Shown: positions 38,407-47,779 of the stretch, piece by piece
Layout: the number at the start of each line of letters is the position of its first letter
Numbering within the stretch: the stretch's first letter is position 1
Assembly (NCBI GenBank): GCA_965223845.1
Contig: CBDCXR010000004.1
Span: forward strand, 5,324,295-5,388,294
DNA from: Planctomycetota bacterium
GTDB taxonomy: Bacteria; Planctomycetota; UBA8108; SXIK01
DNA: 64,000 bases
Direction of reading: 5' to 3'
Made by a program: the position numbers and the translations under genes
The notes under the pieces: model-generated
What the model was told of the DNA's origin: nothing
The model's input: the letters and a program-made list of their open reading frames with translations, nothing else
Database searches by the model: none

Positions 38407-40935
38407 ATGACCGATGTGGGCTCGGCGTGTTCGGGACGAGCCCACGCGCGGAGCTCCCCCGGACCCGTTCTCACTCGCACTCTTTCGATGCACTCTCGGC
38501 TGAAGCTCCTTCCCCTGCTCTCACGTCGCGAATCCTCACCGCAGTGGATCGCCGGTCTAGCGGCGCTCGGACTCGGCGCGACGGTCGCGACGGTTCTCAT
38601 CGGGCGAGCCCTTCCCCCGGAGGCAGCGCTCGCGTCGGCCGACAACGCGCATCTCTACGTACCCGTCCGCGCGATGACCGCATGGTCGCTCGCCGGGGGC
38701 GAGCTGCCGCTCTGGAACCCCTACGTCGGCTGCGGGGTCCCGTTTCTCGCCAACCCGATGACGCAGAGCGTCTATCCGGGAAACTTCGTGTTTCTCCTCT
38801 TCGGTGCGGTCGCGGGAATCAAAGTGTTCTACGTCGCACACACAGCGCTCCTCACTTACGCGTTTTCCTCACTCGCGCGCGCGTTCGGAGCCTCGCGGAG
38901 AGCGTCGATCGCAGGCGGCCTTCTGTTCGCTCTCGCCGGACCGATCGTCAGCCTCCACTGGAATCCACTCTGGACGGCGGGGCTTCCTTGGATGCTTCTC
39001 GCACTCGCGTCGACGCATCTCTTGGTTCTCGGGCGCGTCGAGGTGAAACGCCTCCTCGCCATCGCCGCCTGCCTCGCGCTCACGGTACTCGCGGGCGGAT
39101 TCGAGCTGATCGTCGGCTACACCTTCTTCGCGGCAGCGGACGTCGCCGCCGCGACGTTCCTGAGGCGCGATCGTCTCGCCGGATCATCGCTTAGAGGTCG
39201 CGTCCAGCGAGCGACGATGTACTACGGCGCCCTTACGGTCGCCGGGTCGGCAGCACTCGCTCTCGGCGCGATTCAACTTCTCCCCGCGCTCGAGCTCTTT
39301 CGCGAGAGCTCTCGCTCGTGCGGCGTCTCCATGGCGACAGCCGGGCTGTGGTCCCTTCCTCCTCTTCGTCTCCTCGAATGGCTCGCACCGCAGCTCTACC
39401 TGGAACCCGAGAGCGGGACTCACTGGGGAACGCTTCTCCTCCCGAACGAATCGTACTACTCGACGCCGTTCCTCCCCGGGATCTACCTCGGCGCGCCCGC
39501 GGTGATTCTCGCTGCGATCGGTGTCGGACGGATTCGCCGCGGGGATCGCCGGCTTCTTCTCGGCACGTTCGTCTGCACGCTCGTCCTCGCGTTCGGAATC
39601 ACGACGCCGATCTTCGAGCTCGCACGGAACCTCGTCCCCGGAATCGCACTCTTCCGCTATCCGGTGAAGCTCGTCGTGTTCGCGGTCATCCCGCTCGCAC
39701 TCGCTGCGACGTTCGGCGTCGATGCGCTCCTCACGAAATCCGATGGCGCGCGACGCCCCGCGGCGGTCGCCTGGATCGTCACGCTCCTCGTCGCTCTTCC
39801 GCTTTCGTTCCTCGTGTTCGCTCCGGATCCGTTCGAGGCGTGGCTCAGCGATCGTCTCGCCCGCACTTCGTTCGAGACTCACGCCGCGGCGCTCGTTCGA
39901 GCCGCGCGAAGCGCACTTCTCTACGGGACGATTCTCGCGGCTGCGGTGTCGGCGCTCATCAGCCTCCGCCGTCGCTTTCCGGCTTCGATCGGTGCCGGCC
40001 TGATCCTCGTCGTCGCGATCGCCGATCTCGTCATCGTCGGGCGTGATCTCGTCGAAACGGCGCCCACGCTCGGCGTCGTCGTTCGTCCGCCGAACGTTCC
40101 CGCCCCAGCCGCACTCGCCGATCCGACTGGCGAGCAGCGCATTCACTGCGTTCCCCCCGGCCCCTTTCGCTACTTTTTTCAGCCGTATCACGCGATGCAG
40201 TTCGGCTACCGGAGCACCGTCGACTACGGTGCGATGGATCTTCGCGGGCACTCGCTCCTCAGAGACGCGCTCGGCGAGAACGATCCGCGCCTCCTCGCGC
40301 TCGCTTCCGCTCGCCTGCGTCTCAGCGTCCCCCTGGAATCCCCTCACATCTTCGAGGCGCGGATCGAGTCGGTTCCCACCCTGCCGCGTGCGCGGCTCGT
40401 TCCGTTCGCGGCGATTGCGGAGAGCGACGACGACGCGATCGGCTACATCGCCTCGGCGGCGTTCCGTCCGGAGCGCGAGGTCGTTCTCAGCGACGCACCG
40501 ATCGAGCTCGGACGCGTCAATCGTTCCCGAACGCCGAAGAACGAGCCCGCCGGAAGCGAGGATCGTTGCCGATTGACGATCGACGAACGGCGACACATCC
40601 GCATCGACATCGAGACAGCGTCCGAGGCGTTCCTCGTCCTCAGCGATACTTGGTATCCAGGCTGGGAGACGACCGTCGACGGCGAGCAAGCGAGCTGCTA
40701 TCGCGCCAATCTCGCGTTTCGCGCGGTGCGAGTCCCGCCGGGACGCCATGTGGTCGAGTTCCGCTATCGCCCGCTCTCGATCCTCTGGGGCATCGCGACA
40801 AGTGCGGTCGCAGCAAGTTGCCTCGGCGCCGTTTTCGTTATCGGGGCGATGCGCCGGCGACGAGAACGCGTCGAGCGAGTAGCGACGACACGCTCCGCTG
40901 CGATCGAAACGCCGACGCTCGCGCCCACACCGTAG
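38407..40935 (+). CDS. YfhO-family membrane protein (GT-C-like glycosyltransferase family), copy 1
   Basis: It is a polytopic membrane protein. The segments LWNPYVGCGVPFLANPMTQSVYPGN and the C-terminal SDTWYPGWETTVDGEQ...YRANLAFRAV are the YfhO hallmarks. Confidence 0.65.
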   Translation: MTDVGSACSGRAHARSSPGPVLTRTLSMHSRLKLLPLLSRRESSPQWIAGLAALGLGATVATVLIGRALPPEAALASADNAHLYVPVRAMTAWSLAGGELPLWNPYVGCGVPFLANPMTQSVYPGNFVFLLFGAVAGIKVFYVAHTALLTYAFSSLARAFGASRRASIAGGLLFALAGPIVSLHWNPLWTAGLPWMLLALASTHLLVLGRVEVKRLLAIAACLALTVLAGGFELIVGYTFFAAADVAAATFLRRDRLAGSSLRGRVQRATMYYGALTVAGSAALALGAIQLLPALELFRESSRSCGVSMATAGLWSLPPLRLLEWLAPQLYLEPESGTHWGTLLLPNESYYSTPFLPGIYLGAPAVILAAIGVGRIRRGDRRLLLGTFVCTLVLAFGITTPIFELARNLVPGIALFRYPVKLVVFAVIPLALAATFGVDALLTKSDGARRPAAVAWIVTLLVALPLSFLVFAPDPFEAWLSDRLARTSFETHAAALVRAARSALLYGTILAAAVSALISLRRRFPASIGAGLILVVAIADLVIVGRDLVETAPTLGVVVRPPNVPAPAALADPTGEQRIHCVPPGPFRYFFQPYHAMQFGYRSTVDYGAMDLRGHSLLRDALGENDPRLLALASARLRLSVPLESPHIFEARIESVPTLPRARLVPFAAIAESDDDAIGYIASAAFRPEREVVLSDAPIELGRVNRSRTPKNEPAGSEDRCRLTIDERRHIRIDIETASEAFLVLSDTWYPGWETTVDGEQASCYRANLAFRAVRVPPGRHVVEFRYRPLSILWGIATSAVAASCLGAVFVIGAMRRRRERVERVATTRSAAIETPTLAPTP

Positions 40936-40987
40936 ACCCGTTCCCAGAGCGCACTCGCTGTAACCTAATCCCCCTACTTCACGTCCT

Positions 40988-43438
40988 ATGTTCTCCGTTT
41001 CCTTCCGAAGCGCTCACGACGCCCTCCGTCGCCGCACGCGCCGAATCGTCACCTCGCCGCGCGCGTCCGCGGTGATCGGTGGAGCGACGCTCGCGGGAAC
41101 GGGCGTCCTCACGCTCCTCTGGGCGGCGCTCCCGTCGGATGTCGTCCTCTCGACGCTCGACGCCGCTCACCTCTATCTCCCGATCAAGGTACGCACGGCA
41201 CTCGCGTTCGAATTCGGACATCTACCGCTCTGGACGCCCGAAGTCGGCTGCGGAGTTCCCTTCCTCGCAAACCCGATGACGCAGGCGCTCTATCCCGGAA
41301 ACACTCTCTTCGCTCTCCTCCCGGCGATTCCCGGCATGAAGGCCTTTGTCGCTATCCACCTCGCCGGCGCAGCGGTCGCGTTCTACTGGCTCGCCGGAAC
41401 GTATACGCGTCGCCGCGCGGCTCGGGCCCTCGGCGCAGTGACGTTCGCGGCGAGCGGCGCGATCGTCAGCCTTCACTGGAATCCGCTGTGGATCGCGGGT
41501 CTCCCGTGGCTTCTCGTCGCGCTTCATTCCGTCCGGAGCGCGCTTCGAGGGACCGGTTTCGGAGCGTACGCGACGATCGCGCTCGCGCTCGCGATGCTGA
41601 TCTTCGCCGGCGCCTTCGAAATCGCGGTCGGCTTCGCGTGGCTCGCCGGCGTCGAGGTCGTCGCCGCACTACTCGGTTCGCGTGATCGGAAGGAGCTCAC
41701 TCCGAGTGGCGAGTGCGCGGATACTGGTAGAGGATCGACCGCGAGAACTCTCCTCGCTAGGTGCGGTGGACTCGCGGGCGCGGCAGCCGTCGCGGCGGCG
41801 GTCGGTGCGGTTCAGCTCCTCCCGACTCTCGAGCTTCTCGGCGAGACTTCGCGCGCGTCGGGCCTCGGCGGCCGGGAAGCGGGCGAGTGGTCGCTCGTTT
41901 CCGCACGCCTTCTCGAGACGGTAGCTCCCGGTGCCTTCGGGAACAGCGCCGTCGGCGAAGGCTGGTCGTTCCTTCTCGGAGGAAGCGATCTCAGCCGCAC
42001 GTCGTTTCTCGCGGGGCTGTATCTAGGTGTTCCCGCGCTCGCGCTCGCGATCGCAGCGATCACCAGGGCGCGCCGGGAGACGATCGTCGTCGCCGGTTTG
42101 CTAGTCGTGTGCGTCCTTCTCGCTCTCGGCGACGCGACGCCCGCCTTCGCCGCGGCGCGCGAATTCCTGCCCGGCGTCGCGCTCTTTCGTTATCCCGTAA
42201 AGCTGTTTGCATTCGCGATGGTTCCGCTCGCGCTTCTCGTGACTCTCGGCGCGGCGGCAGTCTTCGACCGCGACGAGCGAGCGACGCGCGCCGCTTCGTG
42301 GTGCGGAGCGATGCTCACCTTTGCGCTGACGCTCGGTGTCGTCCTTCACGCCGCGGAGATCGCGTCGCTCAAGGAGTGGATGAACGTCCGCTCGGTCGAA
42401 AGCGAGCGTCCTCTCGACACCGATGCGCTCGCGTCGATGCTTCGGTGGTCTCTCGTCCACGGCGCGCTCGTCGGCGGCGCTTGGCTCGCCTGGCTCGCGC
42501 GGTGGAAACGGCGCGAGTCGGCGGCGCTCATCGTTCTGCTCGTCGCGGGGATCGGTCTCGATCTCACCCTCGTCAATCGCCGCTGGGTCGCGGTCACGCC
42601 CGCCGAACGCATCGCCGCGCGACCGCGTGAGCTTCCTCCGCCGAGCGCACTTTGGGCTCCTGCCGGCGAGCGGCGCATCGGCTGCGTGCTGCCGGGGCCG
42701 TACCAGTACTTCTACGATCCTTACCTCGCTGCGCTCCACGGCTACCGCGCCACGCTCGACTACGGTTCGGTCTCCCTCCGAACGCACGCCGAGCTCGACG
42801 GCGCGGCTCAAGCGTCCTCGCTGGGCTCGGACCGCCGACTCGAGCTTTCCGCGGCCGCGGTGCGCGTGCGTCTCTCCGAGACTCGCGAGCTCCTCGTCGA
42901 ACCGCTGCCCCGGGCCGTGCCGAGGGCGTACCTCGTCCCGCGGGCGTCGATCGCGACCGACGACGCCGGCGCTCGCTGGTACGCCGGGACGCCCGAGTTC
43001 GATCCGCTCACCGAAGTGATCTTGTCCGACGCGCCGCTCGCGCTCGCAGAGACCGGACGAGATGCGAACGGACGTCCGACCGGCGGCGGGGCATCCGGTC
43101 AAGTCGCAATCGAGGTGGATCGACCGCGCGAGGTTCGAATCGACGTCAAAGCCGAACGCGACAGCTTTCTCGTCCTCACCGACTCGTGGTACCCCGGCTG
43201 GGAGGTCGAGGTCGACGGCGAGCAACGCGAGATTTACCGGGCGAACCTCGCATTCCGCGCCGTGCCGCTCACCTCCGGCCGTCACGAGGTCGTTTTCTCC
43301 TATCGACCGCGCAGCGTTGCCCGCGGTCTCGCGATCAGCAGCACTTCGATCGTCGGCGCGCTCGCGATCGCTCTCGTCGTCCTGGGACGCCGACTACGCG
43401 GCCGGACGGTCGCTCTCAGAGCGAGCTCAAGTACTTGA
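40988..43438 (+). CDS. YfhO-family membrane protein, copy 2 (tandem paralog)
   Basis: The segments LWTPEVGCGVPFLANPMTQALYPGN and TDSWYPGWEVEVDGEQREIYRANLAFRAV match copy 1 closely. Confidence 0.65.
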   Translation: MFSVSFRSAHDALRRRTRRIVTSPRASAVIGGATLAGTGVLTLLWAALPSDVVLSTLDAAHLYLPIKVRTALAFEFGHLPLWTPEVGCGVPFLANPMTQALYPGNTLFALLPAIPGMKAFVAIHLAGAAVAFYWLAGTYTRRRAARALGAVTFAASGAIVSLHWNPLWIAGLPWLLVALHSVRSALRGTGFGAYATIALALAMLIFAGAFEIAVGFAWLAGVEVVAALLGSRDRKELTPSGECADTGRGSTARTLLARCGGLAGAAAVAAAVGAVQLLPTLELLGETSRASGLGGREAGEWSLVSARLLETVAPGAFGNSAVGEGWSFLLGGSDLSRTSFLAGLYLGVPALALAIAAITRARRETIVVAGLLVVCVLLALGDATPAFAAAREFLPGVALFRYPVKLFAFAMVPLALLVTLGAAAVFDRDERATRAASWCGAMLTFALTLGVVLHAAEIASLKEWMNVRSVESERPLDTDALASMLRWSLVHGALVGGAWLAWLARWKRRESAALIVLLVAGIGLDLTLVNRRWVAVTPAERIAARPRELPPPSALWAPAGERRIGCVLPGPYQYFYDPYLAALHGYRATLDYGSVSLRTHAELDGAAQASSLGSDRRLELSAAAVRVRLSETRELLVEPLPRAVPRAYLVPRASIATDDAGARWYAGTPEFDPLTEVILSDAPLALAETGRDANGRPTGGGASGQVAIEVDRPREVRIDVKAERDSFLVLTDSWYPGWEVEVDGEQREIYRANLAFRAVPLTSGRHEVVFSYRPRSVARGLAISSTSIVGALAIALVVLGRRLRGRTVALRASSST

Positions 43439-46400
43439 GAAGCTCGATCAGCTCGCGTTCGCTCAGATCGTCGACGAGTCCTTCCGGCATGAACGACGAC
43501 ATCTCCTTTTCCCGCGCAGCGATCTCTTCTGCCTTGAGCACGACGGTCTCCGTGAGCGTTCGCAGCGTGACGCTCTCCTCCGTTTCCGCGAGGACGAGAC
43601 CCGAGAGAACCGATCCGTCGTCCGTCGTAATCACCGTGAGCTGAAAGTCCTCACCGACGACTGCGTTTGGATCGAGGACACTCTCGAGAAAATACGCCGC
43701 ACCGTTCCTGCCGGAACCGCGGAGATCGGGGCCGAGCGGCGTCGCGGTCGTGTTGCCCGCCACAGCCGCGGCCGCGTTCGGCGAGTGGCACGTAGCGCAC
43801 AACTCGTCGAAGGTTTTCTTTCCCGCGCCGCCGTCGTAGGCCCAAAGCGGAGCCTCGGTGAAGAGCTTCGCGTAGCGCGCAAGGCGAGACGACACATCGC
43901 CCGAGGTGTCGCGCACGGTTCCCCACAGCTTTGCGATCAGTGTGTTCACTTCGCCGTCGCGGAGATTCCGAAGTTGGCGCACGTGAAACGAGTTCAGGTG
44001 CTTCTTGTCGATTCGCCCCGCGACCACCGCCTCGAGGAGCAACCGCGCCGAGGGCGCCCGCACGATGAGCGTTCCGAGGGCGAGAGCGCGCTCGCGGTCG
44101 TCGAGCCGAGCGAACCGCTCGAGGATCGCTCCCGGAATCTCGGCGGCGCCGAAGCGCGCGAGAAGCCGGAGGACTCCCGCTCGAAGCTCCGGAACGTCGA
44201 GAAGCTTGAGGAACGCCGGGACCGATTTCGCGTCGGCGACGCTCGCGAGCACCTCGAATGCGCCGCGGCGCTCGGATTCGACGGAGAGCGCTTTCCTCAA
44301 CTTCGAAAGCACGTTCTCGTCGGAGAGAAGCGCTCCGACGCGCTCGGCTCGGTCGCGAATCGCCGGATCGGAGTGCGCGTAGAGTTTGCCCGCGACCTTC
44401 GCCCAGGCCTCTGGTGCGCGCGAGGGCGAGAGTCCGCGGCGGGCAAAGAGAACCAGCTCGAGCGTACGTCGTTCGGCATCCGCCGACGGGCTTCGGGCGA
44501 GGCCCTCGAGCAGGCGAGCGAGCCCGGTCTCCGTCTTCGCCGCGTGCCAAACGACGAAGTCGCGGAGTTGGGGCCATCGCGTCCTCGCGGCGAGCCCGAG
44601 CGCGCGCTCGAGATCACCGTCGACGTGCGGCGCGATCCCGTACCAGACCATCCGCGGCAGGTAGGCGTCGCCCGCATCCTCTGCGCGCGCAGCGAGCGCC
44701 GCAGCGAGTTTCCAAGCGAGCTCCGTAGGTGCGTCTGCGATGTAGGACGCCACCGCGAGGCGAACTCGCGCCGACGGGTCGCTCTCGGCGAGTCGAAGGA
44801 GCGACGCCGCCTGCCGCTCTGCGCGACCCGGATCTTCCGTCGCGAGACGGACGAACCACGCGCGGACGTCGTCGCTCGGCGAAGCGAGCAGCCGAGCGAA
44901 GTCCTCGGTCCGAAGCGCGCCGATCCCGTGAAGCGTCCACGCCGCGCGGAGGACGTCCGTCGCTCGATCGCCCTTGAGACCATCGCGAAGCGCCGCGATC
45001 GCGTCCCGTTCGATCGCGCGCCGTGTCGATCGCTCGTGGAGAAGCCGCCGCGAGGTTCGTGCGTACCAGGCGTTCCGATGGTCCTGCAGGCGAGCGAGCT
45101 CGAGGTCGGAAAGTTGGCGGAGATCGACCGAGCGCGGCGCGTAGGTCGAGGCGTAACTCATCCGGTAGATGCGACCGGTCGCGCGATCCCAACTCTCCGT
45201 ATTCGGGCTGTGACAGTGCTGCCGGTCGTACCAATCGATGATGTAGACGGCGCCGTCGGGGCCGTAGTCGAGATCGACCGCGACGTACTGCGGGTCGTCG
45301 ACGAAGAGAATATCCGTCCCCGCGTGCGTCGTTTCGTAGCCTGCTCCGCGGCGCTCGTTCACCTGACGGTTGATCTGGTGGCCGTGGAGGTTGTGCGTGA
45401 AGAGTTGCCCGCGGTACTCCTCGGGCCAATTGTCGCCGAGGTAGACCATCGTGCCGACGTGAGAATGCCCGCCGTAGAGAGCGCGACTTCCGGGCTTCCC
45501 GGCGCCGCCTTCCCCGTGACCGTAGCGAGCAGACGCGCGGAGGAAGTTTCGGAGATGCGGCAAGCCCGCGGGATGAGTTCCCGAGACGAACGGTGCATGG
45601 CGAGCGTTCGCTTGATTCCAGTAGTGTCCGCGAAGGACGACGTGCGTCGTGGGACCGCCGCCCCAATAACTCCGACAGTGCGTCATGAAGAGCTCGCCCA
45701 CTTCGTCGAAATCGAGCCCCCACTGATTGCTGCCACCGTGCGCGAAGACCTCGAAGGTCTTTCTCGTCGGGTGGTAGCGCCACACTCCGGCGTAGAGAAG
45801 AACGCGGTTCTCCTCGGGCGTGCCCGGAATCCCGATGCGCGAGGCGTTGAACACGCCTTGATTCCCGTAGAGCCAGCCATCCGGCCCCCACGCGAAATTG
45901 TTCAGCGTTTCGTGCGTATCTTGGTAGCCCCAGCCGTCGAGCACGACCTCCGCGGCGCCGTCGGGAACGTCGTCTTCATCCGCGTCCGGGACAAAGAGGA
46001 GCTGCGGCGCGGCGCCGATCCAAACTCCGCCGTGGCCCAGTTCGAGACCGCTCACTAGATTGAGGCCAGCGAGAAACACCTTCTTCTCGTCGAAGGAACC
46101 GTCGCCGTCGGTGTCGGCGAGGATGGAGATGCGATCTTGCCCCTCACCCTCCGGACGGCGCTGCGGGTAGGTGAACGCCTCGGCGATCCACAAACGGCCG
46201 CGCGCGTCGAAGGTGAACGCAATCGGCTGGAGAACGCGCGGCTCGGCGGCGACGAGATCGAGGCGGAATCCCGCGGGGACGTAGGCGTTCGCGACCGTCC
46301 GCTCGGCAGCACTGGTCGGATCGCTTCCGATCGGGTTTCGCTGGAGATGCGTGAGCAGGGGATTCGCGCGCAGGCGACGAGGTCGTCCGAGCGCTCGAAG

Positions 46401-47687
46401 CTCGCCCTCCAGCTCGTCGTGAAAGCGAAAGTCATCGTAGTTGATGTGTCCCCACGCACCCGAGTGCTCGTCGACGACGCGAACGACGATGTTCTTGCCG
46501 ACGTGCGCGCGTAGATCGGCGACCACGAGCTCGAGGTTTTCGTTTTGCGGGCCCGAAGCGGAGAAGATCGCGTCGCCCGACTCGACGGCGACGAGATCGA
46601 CTCGCGTCTCGCGATGGTTTCCGCCGCCGACGAGAAAGCTCGCGTAGGGATGGGTCACCTCGAACGCAGCTGACTCGAGGACCCCGGTCGGGTCGTCGCC
46701 GGCGAACTCGTATCCGCCGAGCCAAAACTCGCCGTCGTGGTCGCTTGCCTGACCCGGACGCCGGGGAGCGACCGTGTCGCCCTTCACGGGCTGGCGCGTC
46801 CAGGCTTCCCCCGTTGCCGTCCAGCCGTCGAGCGTACCGGTCTCGAACCCGAGGTTGAGCGGCTCCCCCTCGGCGTCCTTCGGGACGGTGCCGGGACGCC
46901 GATTTCGTGGCTCGGATGGCGGCGTTGACGATCGCCCGGCCTGCGGCGGCGCGCTGCGGCCGAGTTGCTTCAGCTCGATCGCGCGAAACTCGATCTTCGC
47001 CGGGCCGGGACCCGAGTGAAGCTGAAGCGCGAGCTTCCCGCTCAAGTCGAGCGCGCCGGTTTCCTCGTCGACGAGAATGGATGCGCGCTCGCCGTTCAGG
47101 AAAACCTCGATGCGAGTTCCGACCGCGCGTACGCGGTAGTCGTTCCACTCGCCGCGTCGAACGAGAGCGCGATAGGCGGACGCGCCGCGAAAGGTCTGGG
47201 TCGTACGCCGGCCGTTCGGCGAGATCGTGACGCTCGTCCCCCGTTCCGTGATCAATCCGCGGCCGTGCTCGTCGTAGATACGACCGAGCCACGTCGCGCC
47301 GTCGTCGATGTCCGCTTGGTACCCTGCGGCGCCATCCTTCCCGACTCGCTGACTGCGAATCTGCACTCCCGAGTTGGCGCTCGCGTGACCGGAAACGCGG
47401 AACTCGAAGCGGAGATCGAAGTCGTAGAGCTCACCCTCCCAAAACAGAAAGAGATTTCGCCGGAGCTGCTCACCGGCCGCGATCTCGCCGACGATGGCCC
47501 CCGCTTCGACTCGCCAGTGCGGGTCGTCGTGGTTCCATCCGGCAAAGGAACGCCCGTCGAAGATTCTCTCGTATCGTGGGCTCGACTTGTCCGTCGGAGC
47601 GTCCGGCGATCCCTGCGCGGGAAAGAACGATACAGCGAGCACGGCGAAACTGACGCAGCAGAGAACTCGGCGGTTGAGTGAAATCAT
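43416..47687 (-). CDS. PVC-type heme-binding multidomain protein: DUF1080-like N-terminus, PQQ-glucose-dehydrogenase-like beta-propeller, HEAT repeats and a C-terminal cytochrome c
   Basis: The signal peptide is MISLNRRVLCCVSFAVLAVSFFPAQG. The HEAT/PBS-lyase repeats include DPSARVRLAVASYIAD. The CXXCH motif is CATCHSP. Start chosen at the MISLNRR ATG. Confidence 0.7.
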   Translation of the reverse strand: MISLNRRVLCCVSFAVLAVSFFPAQGSPDAPTDKSSPRYERIFDGRSFAGWNHDDPHWRVEAGAIVGEIAAGEQLRRNLFLFWEGELYDFDLRFEFRVSGHASANSGVQIRSQRVGKDGAAGYQADIDDGATWLGRIYDEHGRGLITERGTSVTISPNGRRTTQTFRGASAYRALVRRGEWNDYRVRAVGTRIEVFLNGERASILVDEETGALDLSGKLALQLHSGPGPAKIEFRAIELKQLGRSAPPQAGRSSTPPSEPRNRRPGTVPKDAEGEPLNLGFETGTLDGWTATGEAWTRQPVKGDTVAPRRPGQASDHDGEFWLGGYEFAGDDPTGVLESAAFEVTHPYASFLVGGGNHRETRVDLVAVESGDAIFSASGPQNENLELVVADLRAHVGKNIVVRVVDEHSGAWGHINYDDFRFHDELEGELRALGRPRRLRANPLLTHLQRNPIGSDPTSAAERTVANAYVPAGFRLDLVAAEPRVLQPIAFTFDARGRLWIAEAFTYPQRRPEGEGQDRISILADTDGDGSFDEKKVFLAGLNLVSGLELGHGGVWIGAAPQLLFVPDADEDDVPDGAAEVVLDGWGYQDTHETLNNFAWGPDGWLYGNQGVFNASRIGIPGTPEENRVLLYAGVWRYHPTRKTFEVFAHGGSNQWGLDFDEVGELFMTHCRSYWGGGPTTHVVLRGHYWNQANARHAPFVSGTHPAGLPHLRNFLRASARYGHGEGGAGKPGSRALYGGHSHVGTMVYLGDNWPEEYRGQLFTHNLHGHQINRQVNERRGAGYETTHAGTDILFVDDPQYVAVDLDYGPDGAVYIIDWYDRQHCHSPNTESWDRATGRIYRMSYASTYAPRSVDLRQLSDLELARLQDHRNAWYARTSRRLLHERSTRRAIERDAIAALRDGLKGDRATDVLRAAWTLHGIGALRTEDFARLLASPSDDVRAWFVRLATEDPGRAERQAASLLRLAESDPSARVRLAVASYIADAPTELAWKLAAALAARAEDAGDAYLPRMVWYGIAPHVDGDLERALGLAARTRWPQLRDFVVWHAAKTETGLARLLEGLARSPSADAERRTLELVLFARRGLSPSRAPEAWAKVAGKLYAHSDPAIRDRAERVGALLSDENVLSKLRKALSVESERRGAFEVLASVADAKSVPAFLKLLDVPELRAGVLRLLARFGAAEIPGAILERFARLDDRERALALGTLIVRAPSARLLLEAVVAGRIDKKHLNSFHVRQLRNLRDGEVNTLIAKLWGTVRDTSGDVSSRLARYAKLFTEAPLWAYDGGAGKKTFDELCATCHSPNAAAAVAGNTTATPLGPDLRGSGRNGAAYFLESVLDPNAVVGEDFQLTVITTDDGSVLSGLVLAETEESVTLRTLTETVVLKAEEIAAREKEMSSFMPEGLVDDLSERELIELLKYLSSL

Positions 47688-47779
47688 GCGACGGAGCGGG
47701 GTAAGTAGTGCTGAGAACATCGACGAATCGCGTGAGGTTTCGAAGGGAACAGGAGCGTAAGAGCGGAGAGAACAGAGCC

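Noticed and set aside
39184-40749. 521-aa minus-strand ORF
   Set aside because: It is antisense to YfhO copy 1 and has RD/RE-rich low-complexity composition.
43062-46058. 998-aa + strand ORF
   Set aside because: It is fully antisense to the well-supported PVC-type heme-binding gene. Its R/A/P/G-rich composition is typical of a high-GC reverse-strand artefact. It has no motifs.
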